A DNA stretch of 64,000 bases from Tubiluchus corallicola (taxonomy: Eukaryota > Animalia > Priapulida): assembly GCA_030141605.1 (NCBI GenBank), contig JAQGDQ010000094.1, positions 496,001 through 560,000 on the forward strand. Direction: 5' to 3'. Made by a program: the position numbers and the translations under genes. Below are positions 12,741 through 25,883 of this stretch, one piece after another; within the stretch, counting starts at the first letter, position 1; the number at the start of each line of letters is the position of its first letter. Under the pieces are notes generated by a model, which saw only the letters and a program-made list of their open reading frames with translations, searched no databases and had not been told where the DNA came from.

Positions 12741-15700
12741 ATACCAAACGCAGAGGTCGGTTAGCTGTCTGTAGGTTCTGAGCTACGTCTCTTTATTTTG
12801 ATACTTTCTAAATCTGTGTATTCAATATGCTTGCGGCTACAACGTTTTGCTACAAGTATGCATTCACCCGCTTTATGTTCTGCCGTTTCTACTCGTCCTT
12901 GTACGGAAACGGTTGTTCACATTGAAATAGAATCACCAAAGTTGTATATGAAATTAAGCTTCTCTTGTACATTAAAAACTGAAATTTTTCTACAGCACTA
13001 TCTTCTTGTGACTTTGCATGATTTTCTGCGTTTTGGATCGACCTCTTTTACGATGTCCTTTGCATTATTTGTAGGCGCGCTACGTCAGTAGAAGTTTGAG
13101 GAAAGTAGTTGAGAACCGTGATTATTTAGAATGTATAGTAACCACACATGTTACACTGACACACAGCCGTAGTTCATTGTATTGTTTTCTCAGTAGCAGT
13201 TGCTCAAATTTTCATGTTAAACCAGGAGTCTCACCTGCATGGTTTTAGGAACGTAATGATCTTAAGTGTGTAAGATTTTCTTATTAATTGTAAATATTTA
13301 CTTGAAATTTTATTTGTTTCTTCCTCTGAGTAGATGAGTGAATTGCAATAAATTTATTTAATTTATTGTGTGTAGATGTTTGGTTTATAGGTCCTAGATA
13401 TTTTAGTGTTTTGCCGTAACCGTAATATAGGCCGCTTAGCGGTGAAGGCCTACACTAACAGGTGTGAATTGTCGTTATTATAAACAAAGGATTCGCCACT
13501 GTCAACGAGACGTAAATATTGTCTTGTTTACCACATTGCTCACGTATCTACAAAGTACAAATACTAGCGAAAGAGCGCTTGATTTGTTGTTTCTAATTTA
13601 CCTGCGTCCTGCAGCAAAGACTGGCTCACAGGTTTGAGAATGTTTATTCAGATTATTTCCTTAGCTTATTGGCTGATATGTATTATCAAGCTCAAAATTG
13701 AATGGTATACATAATAAGCTTATAAATTTAATTGCAATCGTCCATTTATAATAATTAATAGGTTGCTTGATGAGTGAAACTCAATGGTAAATGAAAAGCA
13801 ACAGACCTGCGCTTTTTTACTGTACAATCACCGTCTTCTTTTAAGTGAGAATTTCGCCAGTTTCCGCTTGATTTCTTCAGTTTTGTTTTCATCTTTAAGC
13901 CATTCGGTTTACTTTTGAACAAAATAAAGGGGTTAACCCTGCGTTTGTTTGCTTTTCCCATGTTTACATTATTGTGCAGTGTTTACTTTTCGCTCATCTC
14001 ATTACCGCTATCTCTGTAAAACTTTTTCAATTTTTCATATCGTCCGTACAGTCATTGTAACCATGTGAAGTGAATTAAACTTGAACGTGTACAATGAAAC
14101 TGAAAATTTCTGAACATTTGAACCGTCCCTTGAGTTTATTCTGTGCTGCTGTGAAGCATATTCTGTTGATGATGGCAGAAGGTGCCTAGAAACAACAAGA
14201 TTTTTTTAAAAAAATTAAACATTGGCAATGGTTTATCCTGATACTTCATTAATCCGGCGTTACATTTTTAATCCCGCCTGATTGTTTCATATTATGTTCT
14301 GTTCGAATAATTGCTCTTTGGAGAACTTGTGTCATATGGGGACAGTCGACTTGCTGTGTCAGCGTAAAACCGAAAGTAACAAAATATTTTCCATGAACCA
14401 ATCATTTCAAACAAAAACAAGTTTTATGACTTATCACCAAAACGCCAACACATTTGTTAACGTGCTCACTTGGATGATTCCTTGCTCAGTCTGATCCAGT
14501 GTTTGTTCCTCTTAATCTTAGCAATTTGTAAGCATCCATTCTGCTAAAAATTCTAACTGAGGTTCGAACAAACTGAGGGGTAATCTCCGGTAATTTCAAG
14601 TCTGTAAGTTGTCGCAGCCGGTATATGTTGTTATAAAAATTGAATGATATTAGAGACAGGTTAAGAGAAAAGAATTCACGAGCTCTTCTAATACTTTGGT
14701 TCTCCTCAAGCATCAAAGAATTTTCTTTAGTTTTGAGCAAAAACTAAAACCATGGCCAATTTTATCAATACTTTACATCGCATGCGTGAGCATTTTTGAT
14801 AAGTTAGTGATTAGAAACCAGTGGCAGTTGTGCGCAGTTTTTGTATTCATTTACTCAAAGCATATCGGAGCGCTTGAAGCGCCATTATTAATGAATATTG
14901 ATGCTGTAAGTTAACATGATTGTTTCGTATGAAAGGTCCAGGTGCTACTTGGAGTAAGCCAAGGTCATTTTTCTTACAATCTTGACAAGATCATAAGATG
15001 GGCACATTTACTTTGACGCCTAATAAAACTCATTCTATATTTGTCTGAGAAATTTTACTATCCTTTCATTCTTTTCGCTTTTCATTCCTGGTCTAGGCCT
15101 TGGATAAACTTATTGTGAAAATGCAGTTAAACTCTTGCTAAAAGATTAAAAAATTCTTTTGCAAAACGTCTCTTGTATCTATTGCACATCAGAAACGATT
15201 CTGTTAAACTCAAACCATGTCGAATTGACGATGTTTAATATTTTATTCTGTGGTATTTGTAAAGTTTTCGAATGCTCCTTTATGATGGCTGCTAGCTTGC
15301 ATTTTGCTGAAAAGTGTTTTAATTTGACATAAATTTTCACGGACATGAGTCTTGTGTGTGAGTCTTTGAGCCAGTGAATAACTCGGTGAGTCAGTCGGCA
15401 AGTGAACATAAAACTGCAAGGGCTCACATTAACAGCAAACACTAGGTCCTTATGGTCCAGCATCACCTTATCTGTGTGTCTCAAAAGTAATGTGTACAAG
15501 TGAGTAATTAGCACCGATTAACTCACTGAGCATTAATCTAAAAAGTGAGTAACTCAGTGAGTCAATCAGTTAGTGGACACAAAACTTCAAGAGGCTCACT
15601 ACACTAATGTAAACGGGTGAGTGGCTCAGTGAGTCAGTTTCTTTGTGGCATCATAAAAGCCATGAAATTCATTCTAAATTGAATGTTCAGCAAGAGGTTC

Positions 15701-18029
15701 ACAACACGTCTCCTTTATCGAGCGGTCGTTTCTTGTAAATAATGGACTTTACATATACTGATTAACAATGAAGGTTTTTACAAGATTTAGTGTTGGCTTT
15801 ACTAAGTAAGTTCTAGCAGGAGACTGGTTTATTGTTTCAAACCCTGTTCATTACCGTGTTGGCCAACATGCTGCTGTTGAAAAGATGAAAACGGTCAACC
15901 TTTCAACCGAATCAAGTTAGGGAATTCTCTTTGATGATCTGCAATGCAACAGTTGACCTCGTGGTACAGTGAAATTATTACGAAGAGAAACATAAGGCAA
16001 AGCGTAAATATTTTAATATTCTTCATGTGATCTTTTTGACTTTTCTCTCATTTTTCTGCACCTGTAATCACTCCACACCTGTCTATAGGTAACACTAGCT
16101 GAAAGACATCAACCAAGAACAAATTGAATTGCTTTATCAAATACTTGTTGAAAGTCAAGAGGTGTTTGATTCAAAGATTTTCTATAGACGTTAAAGAATG
16201 AGTTTTCCTTGAGACGGTATTACAGTTCATTCAAAGTAAAATCCACAGTTGAACATTACTAGGTGTTATTCAAAGTTTAATTGATCGATAACTCTAGATT
16301 CTAAAGATTCTTACAGCTTGTAAACGCCTATTGCTTATAATCATATGTAAAACAAGGTGTGGCACAAAAACTAATCACACCCCTCCAATCATATCCACCC
16401 TTGTTTTGCGGGTGCACAGATGTGCCACCAGCTGTGGTCGATAATGAAGATGGACTGATAAATCTGGTGCTCAAAAATAGATGATTTGATGGATAAGAGA
16501 ATGTCAAACTAGATTAAATTGGACACGCAACAAGTCAGAGTTTTTAGATTTGTGCACTTGCAGTATATAAAAACTGAGCAACTGGTGTTTCTTTCAACAA
16601 GTTATGTTTTGCTATATTACAGAATTATGTTTATTTTATTCTTAGCGTTTATTGATCTGATATGTTTATTTTGCAGATGCTAAAACTGTGCACAGCATTA
16701 CTAAGTTTTAACTGCTAGGTGGATTTATTTGTTATTTTCTTTCCGTAATTGCAAAATATTTTTCGAATTTTTGATGTTATTTTATTCTGCAGTATAAAAA
16801 TAAGATAAACTGCTATTTCTTTGATGTTTTCTACCAGTCTGGCTTGTCGGAATTAAGAAAAAGTTATGTAATATGGCAAAATAAGACGTGATTTATTTCG
16901 TAATATTCCAGTTTTTCTAAAAAAAAAGTTAATTATAACAATGTGGTTGAATTATCCGAGCAATTTTTATAGAATTCAGCATTAGCATACACGTTTTACA
17001 TCTTTTTATGGCAGAAAGCTGGTGTATGTTACCTGATTTTAACATTCTCTTATGTAATATCTATGCGCATCTATGAAATACGTTGTTATTTTTGTACGTT
17101 TAATGGAAACTTTGGCATTATACGTAAATACCAGTTATAAAATAAAGTTTACGTGTTTCCAGGGCGAGCACGATCTTTGTTTTGAACATGTTTTTCCAAA
17201 GTTTGTTTCGGGTCGTCCAATGACTACATTTACAAGATTTAGAACACGAATTTTTTAATGAGTTATTCTTTGTCCCTTTGTATCAACGTGGCTACAAAGC
17301 TGCATATGTTCTTTGGTTTCCACATGTCATTAGAATAATGTGCTCTTCGCCCTTGCCACGTATTGGGCTGAATTTCGTCAATTGCTGTCAACATTTTTAT
17401 CTTCGCCATCTGACTTTTTTCTCCTAACTTTAGAGTTGTAGAGTTATTTTCACATCTGATTGAAACTGTATAGTAAGAGTTGCTGTGATTCGTCTAAACG
17501 TTTTTATAAACGACTGCACAGTCAAAGCATCACATCATTTTTGTATACAGTTATTTTTTTGCTAACTTTTCATCTTATCATGCGTGCTACTGCATGTCTA
17601 CTCGTGTGCATTACCTGTGAAAGCTTTTCATTTTACTCCTTGATAATGTACAGATAGCCATGCACCTGGTTACACACCTGTCCCACAGGATTTTGAATGG
17701 CAGACCACCTCTGTCTGGTTTGACTATAAGAATAATGTGCCACTCTGACACTATTGCAAGCTTTTGAGTATTTAGGTTCAAGACTTTCTTATGCTGATAT
17801 TCAGAATGTTTTTTACACAGTATTAAATTGAGGTTATTCTAAATCGTATGTGTTTTACATTGTTAGATTATTAAATCTATATATTTATAATCATAAAATT
17901 TAGATTTCAAACTAGTTGACAATGTTTCTGATGTGGTCAGAAACTGAAGATTTTGCAAACAATACAGTCAGTAGTTACAGAATTGGGCATTGAAAAGACA
18001 CCAGCCTCTTCTTTTAAAGTTCTAACATT

Positions 18030-18880
18030 ATTTTATTGAATTCAGTTTGCTTGAATGCATAGGAACTGCACTTCATAATGAAATGGCAACTTGTAACATT
18101 TTAACCTGTGACCCAGGAGTCAGAGGTCCACCAATTTTGGCATAACTGATACCATTCAGTTTATCTCTTTGAGACATTTCATTTGATATACTACATCATA
18201 CTATTCCTAGACACCCAATGTATTCCTGTTCCTGACCCCCATTTTTCAGTTTTTGCCTCCTAGCGGAAAATTTCCCATCCCTCTAAGTGCCCCATATTCT
18301 GCCATACCCAGGAACTTGGCAACACCTAACCATATACCAGATATTATGGCCCCAGCTCAAAAACTGTCGGAGAAGATAGATCCTAAAGAAAAATAAATGA
18401 AGACCCACCCGCTCCATGACCTTTGACCCAGCAACTCCGGTCACATGTATACATAGTTCCCTTTGCCCAGAGAGTGTACCCTGTGAATTTGGTGTTCCTG
18501 CCCCTAAGCATGTAAAAGGACACCAAATGGCAGCCCCAAATTTTGCATTGTGGCCCTTCCCTCGGGCGTTTATAGCTTGTCAGCTTTTTGAAACCCCAGT
18601 TCCATATCTACCCCACAGTACCCAAATACTTGTGAAAAAGAATTGCAAAAAACCGAAAGCCCTAAGAGGAATTATGTCTTAAAGGAAAAACTGACCGATG
18701 CCTACTGCCCTTTCCCCTTGACCAAAGGTCAGTGGTTCCCTGCCCAGAGCTACCAAACCTGTGAGTTTGGTGACCCTATCTAACAAAGGTTTAAGAGTTG
18801 TTAAGCATTTAAGTTGCAGAGAATAAATAAGAATAAATAACTCAATGAAAATCAGTAAGATTTTGCTATAGCTAAATCTT
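18030..18880 (+). mobile_element. Helentron-associated (HINE/DINE-like) non-autonomous element with TGACCTTTGACC motifs
   Basis: Sub-terminal inverted repeat attttattga / tcaatgaaaat, a short AATAAATAAG repeat, and a near-perfect 3' palindrome AGATTTTGCTATAGCTAAATCT at 18858-18879. Shares blocks with about 10500-11260. Confidence 0.5.
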
Positions 18881-21800
18881 AATAATTATCAGGAACCAAT
18901 AAAAGCTCAAAATTGATTACAAAAAATAATTAGTTATTTTTTAAATTATTTATTATTATTTATATAATTTAAAAATAACTAGTCCAGCAAAACTAATACT
19001 TACGAAAGTTGGATTGACTGGTGAGCTATTAACAAGTTTAAGGCGCACCTTGATCACAAGTTAATCATCTTGATCACAAGTTGATCACCTTAATCACAAG
19101 TCTAGATGTTCTAATGGTCACTGCATTCGACTTATAATCTGAAGGTCCCTGTTTCAATCCTGACTATTTTGCATTACCTTTCGGATAAGTTTGTTTTCAA
19201 AAATGTAATAAAGCTGTATAGGTTCATTTTATCATTGTGGATTCTCGTATACTGACACAGTTTGCAGTTTTATGTGCATAGTGTGCGCTAAACATTTTAC
19301 ATAGACGCTCAAATAAATTTGATTTATCCACCTATTAAAGAAAATTAACGAACTAAGTAACAGCACTGTCTCTTAGTTTCTTTAAAGTTTTTAAATCATT
19401 GATTTCTATGTAGTGCAATAGTTCAGTTACAAAGCATCTTTCCCTGACTGACTATATTTTTTATTACCACTTTTACTCCAATTTGTCTGTTTCTGTACTT
19501 CTTTACAGAACAGGAACGTCTTTGTTAATTTTTCTTCTCCAGTTTTCTTATTGGTTTTTCTTCCGTCTGAAATCGAGTTTGTGTATTTGTCTATTCATTG
19601 CCTTCCTCGGGCGGATGAATACAATCACTGTCCATCTCATAACAACCGAACTTATTGTCTAGGGAAGACTTATCTGGTCTTAATAAAACTTGATCATTTT
19701 TGTAAACATTCGATGTGTTTAGACTTGTAGAACACACAATCTTTACCAGAACCTAAGAACTGCACTTAGCTGTGCGCTATTAATTATTGTTTCTGTGAAG
19801 TAGCTGATATATTTGAAATACCATGGTACTACTAATAGACCTGTTAACATAAAAGTACATCAATAATCACTCTGCTATGGAGCCTGTAAAAGGTCGATCA
19901 GGAAAATGTGTTAATAATAATTGCCATTATTGTACATAATTGTTGTAGATATTACAGGTTTATTGTTAAAAGAGTGAGTCTTCTGGTATCTCCAATGAGA
20001 AAACTTAAACAGATAATTAAGGTATCTGGTTCAATGATAATTAGATAAACATTGCTCTGCTATGAGAATAAATCCAATTTGTTGAAGTATAATAAGAAAC
20101 TGTCAAGTGTTATTAATGGTGTGACTAGTCAGTTGAAGTAGGACTTTTCTTGTACGAATCAACGTTAAAAACTTTTAAAAGGGATTGTGCGTAGTCATAT
20201 AAGAGAATCTCAGACCTTTTGCTTACTTTTTAAAAATATAGCTTCCTTACTATTTTCCAGGAAATTGCAGTCTGGTGAAGCAAAAAGCTCCGCTTTTGAT
20301 TGTCGATCTTGATTGGCACCACGCACTTGAAAAATCATCATTCAATTTAAGACAGCCACCCACATTGTTAAAACGGGTCACTAAACATGAAGGGTACAAG
20401 AGTTTATTTTTACTTTTAATCACCTGTTTTCCAGTTTGTAATAAGCACTACACTGAAACCTGCAATAGAATTAAAACGTTTATTAGGTGACAGTGCAGAA
20501 AAAAATTCATGGAAGGTTAGTATTTATCTACAAAACAATTTACCTGGTAGCTGTATATCCTGATTAAACCCGCGTTTACAGTTAATTCGTCGTGTGAGAA
20601 TTCCTTAAAGCTAAAATTTATATTTGTATCGTCTATATGTAGCTTTATATCCAGAAATAAAAAGTAATGGAATGAGGAATTTTACACAAATACTTGTATC
20701 TAGAATGCTAGAGGGTTTCATTATCTACTCAAATAAAATATTAATTAAATTTATAGCGTTTCATCATAGAGGATTATCCTCGATAATGAACTGTGTTACA
20801 GTCCTTCCACAACCATCTTTTAAATAGGTCTTTCCTTTAATTCTGGATCCCGGCATGCATAAAAAGGTACACTTAACTGTTTGCCATTGTACAAATTAGT
20901 AAATTACAGTCACATTAGAATTAAATTGACAATGTTAAGAGACTTGGGAAGTCTTCCCTATTGCATTACATTGCCGTTAGCGCGTTTAGATTGACACTGG
21001 ATAAGTGCACGTTTAATGAGTTCACATTCTTTGACCAGTTTCTAAAGGAGGACCACCTTGCATGAAAACCCACTCCGTCATCATCTTTGCGTCTCCTGCC
21101 GCCCACAGTTCTACATTCCTGCATGAAACGTGTGATAATAAATTACCTCTCAGCACATCACGTATAGTTGTTGCAGTAAAGATATAAATTTTATAGTTTT
21201 AATAACAATGACAACATCATGTTACATCAGCAACAACAACAACAATCTTTATGCATTTATTTCAACAGATAACATGTCTGTTACACTTAAGGCTTTTATC
21301 ACTCACACACAGAAAATAAAACCTTATTAACCCTTACTAATCCTTTTATGCTTATTAACATACACTAGACAGGGCAACAGCAAGTATAACTTTTAAAATT
21401 CGTTGATTTGATTAGCTGCAGTATCGAACCCACAACCTTCCAGCTGGAAAACATGCACATTTCTACTAGATTTAACTTTTACCTAACCAACATTTCAGCT
21501 TCCTCCTTGATTATCCAACTTGTTGGTGCCAGAACTTAGTCCACTCACCGCAGGTGTGGGCCATTTGAAGTCATATACCCAGGCCCTGAATAACGCTTTT
21601 GATTAAATACATTTTAGCCACAAGTACAACACGTAACAAACCTTTTTATTATTATGTAGAACGTATTTCAGACTACAGTAATCATGTTCTGCTGGTTTGA
21701 CACTTTACTGGTTACAAATAGTATTGAAATTTTAGTTGCAACTGCAAGTACATCGAGGTTACCAGTCTTGGGCACTCATGTGATGATTTTTAAATGATTG

Positions 21801-24353
21801 ATTTTTTAATAACACGAGTATTATATTGTTTTGCTATGTGATACAGAGCTATATATTTTATATAAAATGATAAACAAAGTCGGTGCCACCAGTCACTTCA
21901 AAGAAGTTCAATAAACGTCTGTAAAACTGCTTAATGTTTAAATACTACTTATTTTAAGTTTTTCCATGAAGTAGCTGTAATCGAAAGCAGTTTTGTGATA
22001 CCTGGCGACACCTGGCTCAAATCCAGGCAGTATCAAACTTTTTATGTATTTCGAAAATTTGTCAATGTGTCTGTTTAATTACTTTAAATTGCTTTAATCA
22101 TAAAAGTCTTAATGATAATGCGGCGCACCATAATTATCGGTAGTAATTGTAATATATATTTTGTATTTTTTCTAAAACACGATTACAAGAGTTTTAGTGC
22201 TTGAAGCAAGTTTTTCGTAGTTACTGTGGAAAATCCGCTTTTTAGACTAGTTTTTCTCCCGGGTTGTTTTTTTCCATTTTGTTTGGGTAAAGCTGGTCCG
22301 CGTTACCATAATACAGGTTTGTATAACTTTTACGCCTGCAGTCAGATGTGATGTGTTTTTATGTACGAGGTTTATGTAAATGACAAAAGCCAGGTTTTAG
22401 ACGCCTCTAATCTCGAATAGAGGGTAGCTGCTGTGTGTGAACCCAACGTTAGACTTGTTAAGAGGCAAGTTTACTGTCTGCCGAATCATGACTGATTGCA
22501 TAGGAAATTCCACGGGTATTGAAAAATTAACTACAGTATTGTCAGTTTAAAGGAACGAAAATTGTCAAGCTGTCAGAGTTATGAAAACAGTTTCGGTCTC
22601 GTCTAGAAGACTTTGTCCTGTGCTCATATAACGACCGCTATCGTGTACAGTCCAGTCAACTTGGCTAAACAAAGCTACTTAGTGGGGTGGACAGGTGAAA
22701 ATGTTGAATATAAATCCAGAAATATTGCTTTCTTGTAACTCGTTTAGTGATAGGAGTACTAGTTCTTTACAAACGTGTAAGGCTCTAGTTAAAAAAGAAA
22801 TTTTCTGGTAGAGAATGCCGAAGATAAAAGGCCCGAGTGAAATACTGGATTTATAAATGCAGTTATTCTCTATTTAGGAATGTCCAGTGTAAAAGTACAA
22901 GAAACAGCAAAAAATGACTACTGTGAGCAAATTGTTCCTTTTAAGAACAAATCACGAGACATCCTGAGACAATCTTCCCTTAAATTGTAATTTAATTATT
23001 TTTTAGACAATTTTATCCGACTTGTGCCCATACGTAATGTATTTGTATCAATAGAAAACGTTTCTGAATAAGTCTATTTAATTTATGCTTACTTTGTTTA
23101 GTCTGTACATGTGAAGTTTAAATAATAACTTGGCTGAAGTAGTTTTGCTAAATAAAATACATTTTTTGGAGAGCTTTTACTGGTTGAAAGCTGTTCAAGC
23201 AAAGTTTTGATTGGTTTACACGAATAATAGGATGAATACATTAGTGCTGGGAGCATTGTACCTAAACCTTTGATTGTACACGATAAGAGTTTTAAACTCT
23301 CTTGTCCAGTCGCACTTATAACTAACAAAGCCAGACAGGTAGTCCATTAAGCACCGTCCACACACCTACAACACCTAAGCTTACCTCACCTGACGACTAA
23401 TTAGTAATATTGGTCATGACAGGTAAGGTGAATGAGTTCCTAATACGTAGCTAATTGTTGATCACTTGCAGAATAGGATATTAGATAGTGTTTGTTTTTC
23501 ATAATTATTCCTGTTGAATCATTGTTTTCAGTTGTCTTGCGTTGTTTGATTTAGATCAAGTAGGAATTTCAGTGTAGGCAATTAGGTAAATTATAATTAT
23601 GTACATCATTGTTAATTAACCCACCAAATGATGTTGATTTTTTCATATCGCGTGCGTTTCGGCAACTAGCACTACTGTGTATTTGAGTTTATCTTACAAA
23701 ACTTACACAATATTTATAGGCCTATAATTTATAGAATAACATTATACTTTTGCGATATTGAGTTATTCGAACTCAAGCAGCGCTGAGACAGCGAACTATT
23801 TAATTTCACTATTAACGCATATATAGTGAATAAATTTGACCTTTGATTTGTAAATTCTATAATTGTAATGATTTTGTTACTGAGATAAAAGTTTAGCAAC
23901 ACTAAATAATTGTAGTTACAGCAGTTTTGTTTACTGTATGTATGTTACAATTTAATAAAATAAGTCAAGCATTTATTATGTCAAAAATATTTACAACTTC
24001 TTTGTTAGTACTGCTATATTGCCTGAAGTCATTTTCTCAGCAACTGATTTCATGTGTGATAGTAGAAAGTGTTGTGGTGTTTTATTTAATCATTTACTCT
24101 TCATTGCGTTTACATAAACACTGCTGAGTCAGTTGTGGACAGTAATGCCATAAAGTATGTTGATCTGTTTTCATGTTTCTCTCCGTCTCTCCCCTTTCCC
24201 TCCCTCCCCCCCCTCTCTCTCTCTTTCCTCCCCTATTTTCATTTACAAAGTGCATATATCAAATAGCGCTATTTGATATCAGACGTCAATCTGCCTCTAG
24301 TAAACAAACACCTTTTTCTGTTGACTTGCTCTGTTGGGAAGTTTGCTTACTTC

Positions 24354-24367
24354 GTTTCCATGGCAAC
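24354..24367. promoter_or_regulatory. RFX X-box upstream of Rab23
   Basis: GTTTCCATGGCAAC matches the palindromic X-box consensus (GTTNCCATGGNAAC). It lies about 1.4 kb 5' of the Rab23 start-codon exon. Confidence 0.6.
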
Positions 24368-25883
24368 TAATAGCGCGGTTAGTGATAGGAAAAGGTTTCA
24401 TTATTTACTGGATCGATTGTTCATGCATCTGTATTATTGCTTCTGATCAATACAATTCAATTAATAACTGTTCCTGCTGCAGTTCTTATAATCAATCAGC
24501 TCAAAACTAAGCAAGAATTATTGGGCGATTAATCCACATTCAATTATGTACCCATTTGGTATGTCCAAAGTTTCTAGAGATTGTCAGGTTTACCTTGTCA
24601 AGGAAAAAAGCAAGAAAAATAACTTTCTCATAATAAAAGGCAATAATAATATGACTCATTTATAGTTTATGAATGTTAAGTGATTTTTAGAATTCAAAAA
24701 GATAATTTAAACAGTGCAACTGTGCATTTAAGTTCTGCTTTTTTCTGAACAAAAATAAATTAATATTTTTAATAAATAATTTCATATAGTCACTAAAACA
24801 AGTGGCATCGTAACTATGTACTTTTTTATCAAAGGTACCTACATCAAAGGTGCTATACACATTTTGTTTGTCACTTGTAGGCTTACATGTGTGCAATTTC
24901 CTAATAAAATGTAGCTTAGGTCTGTTTGGTTTATTAGCTCTCATGCATTTTTAAGTGCACATGTTGATTGCTTTCCATTCTGCTATAGAGGTATAAAGTC
25001 TATAATAGACTTTTTTATATTTCTTTAATTCTACAGACCTTGGTGCAAGCTAGCTGGGAACTTGGGGCCCATCATAATTGTTCTCAGTTGGGCCCCACAT
25101 CTCCTAAGCCCGGCCTTGTTTATTATATCATTATTGCTTTCATATATCTGCAACTTTTTCTTTTTTCTAAATACAGCATTTCAGTTTTTACTGTAACTAT
25201 GTTGCTCCTTACACTGACCGTGGGCTATTTATCAACCAAAACACACTAGACCTTTATATTAAATTTCTGTTACTCTGTGGTTATATCACAATTTGGCCCT
25301 TTCTTTTTCTCATTACAGAAAAAAGGGAGTTGATAAATTTGAAGGCCACTTTGGGCCTATCAGTATTCACCAGATGTTACATTCACAATCAGAAGTGTGA
25401 ACTTCTGTTGAATTTTCTGTTTTTCCTTACCCATCTTTGAAATAAGTTTTCAACTAGCCATAATTTATGGGCTGTAGGGATTGTTGAATTAAATCAATTA
25501 TTTATTTCAGGTTTCCAACAGGTTATATAAATAGAATTAGCAAAACACTCCTATATCTTCACCTGCCAGAGATGCAGTGTAGTTCTTCAGTTGGCCATGC
25601 TACCACGTGGAGCCTGTCATATCCTGTTTATACACAGAATCCAGAAAATAATGAAAAGTGACACAAACTTTAGGTACTAACGGGAGTGGTCTTAGCAGAC
25701 CTCCTTGAAGGACCTCGACTCATCATTTTTGTTTTTTCGCAGGTTGGCGAAGATGACTGCAGACAGGATTTACAATTGAATTTTGTGCTTGAACTTTTAC
25801 CGGGCCTCGGGGCAAGGCCGGTCAGCCACTTTCTGCAATCTCACACTTGAGTTTAAGCATTGAAACTCAATGCGGTAAAAGTG

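Noticed and set aside
14180-16460. Possible large DNA-transposon coding remnant with a Cys-rich end near 16345-16440
   Set aside because: Too fragmented by stops and frameshifts to assign by eye.
19050-19101. Three ~20-bp direct repeats (cttgatcacaagtt...) resembling a mini CRISPR array
   Set aside because: Simple tandem repeat without unique spacers, in eukaryotic DNA.
19105-19170. tRNA-like sequences (also about 197-266, 21415-21470, 21970-22035, 62530-62585)
   Set aside because: Only degenerate A/B boxes without complete stems; these look like SINE heads, not tRNA genes.
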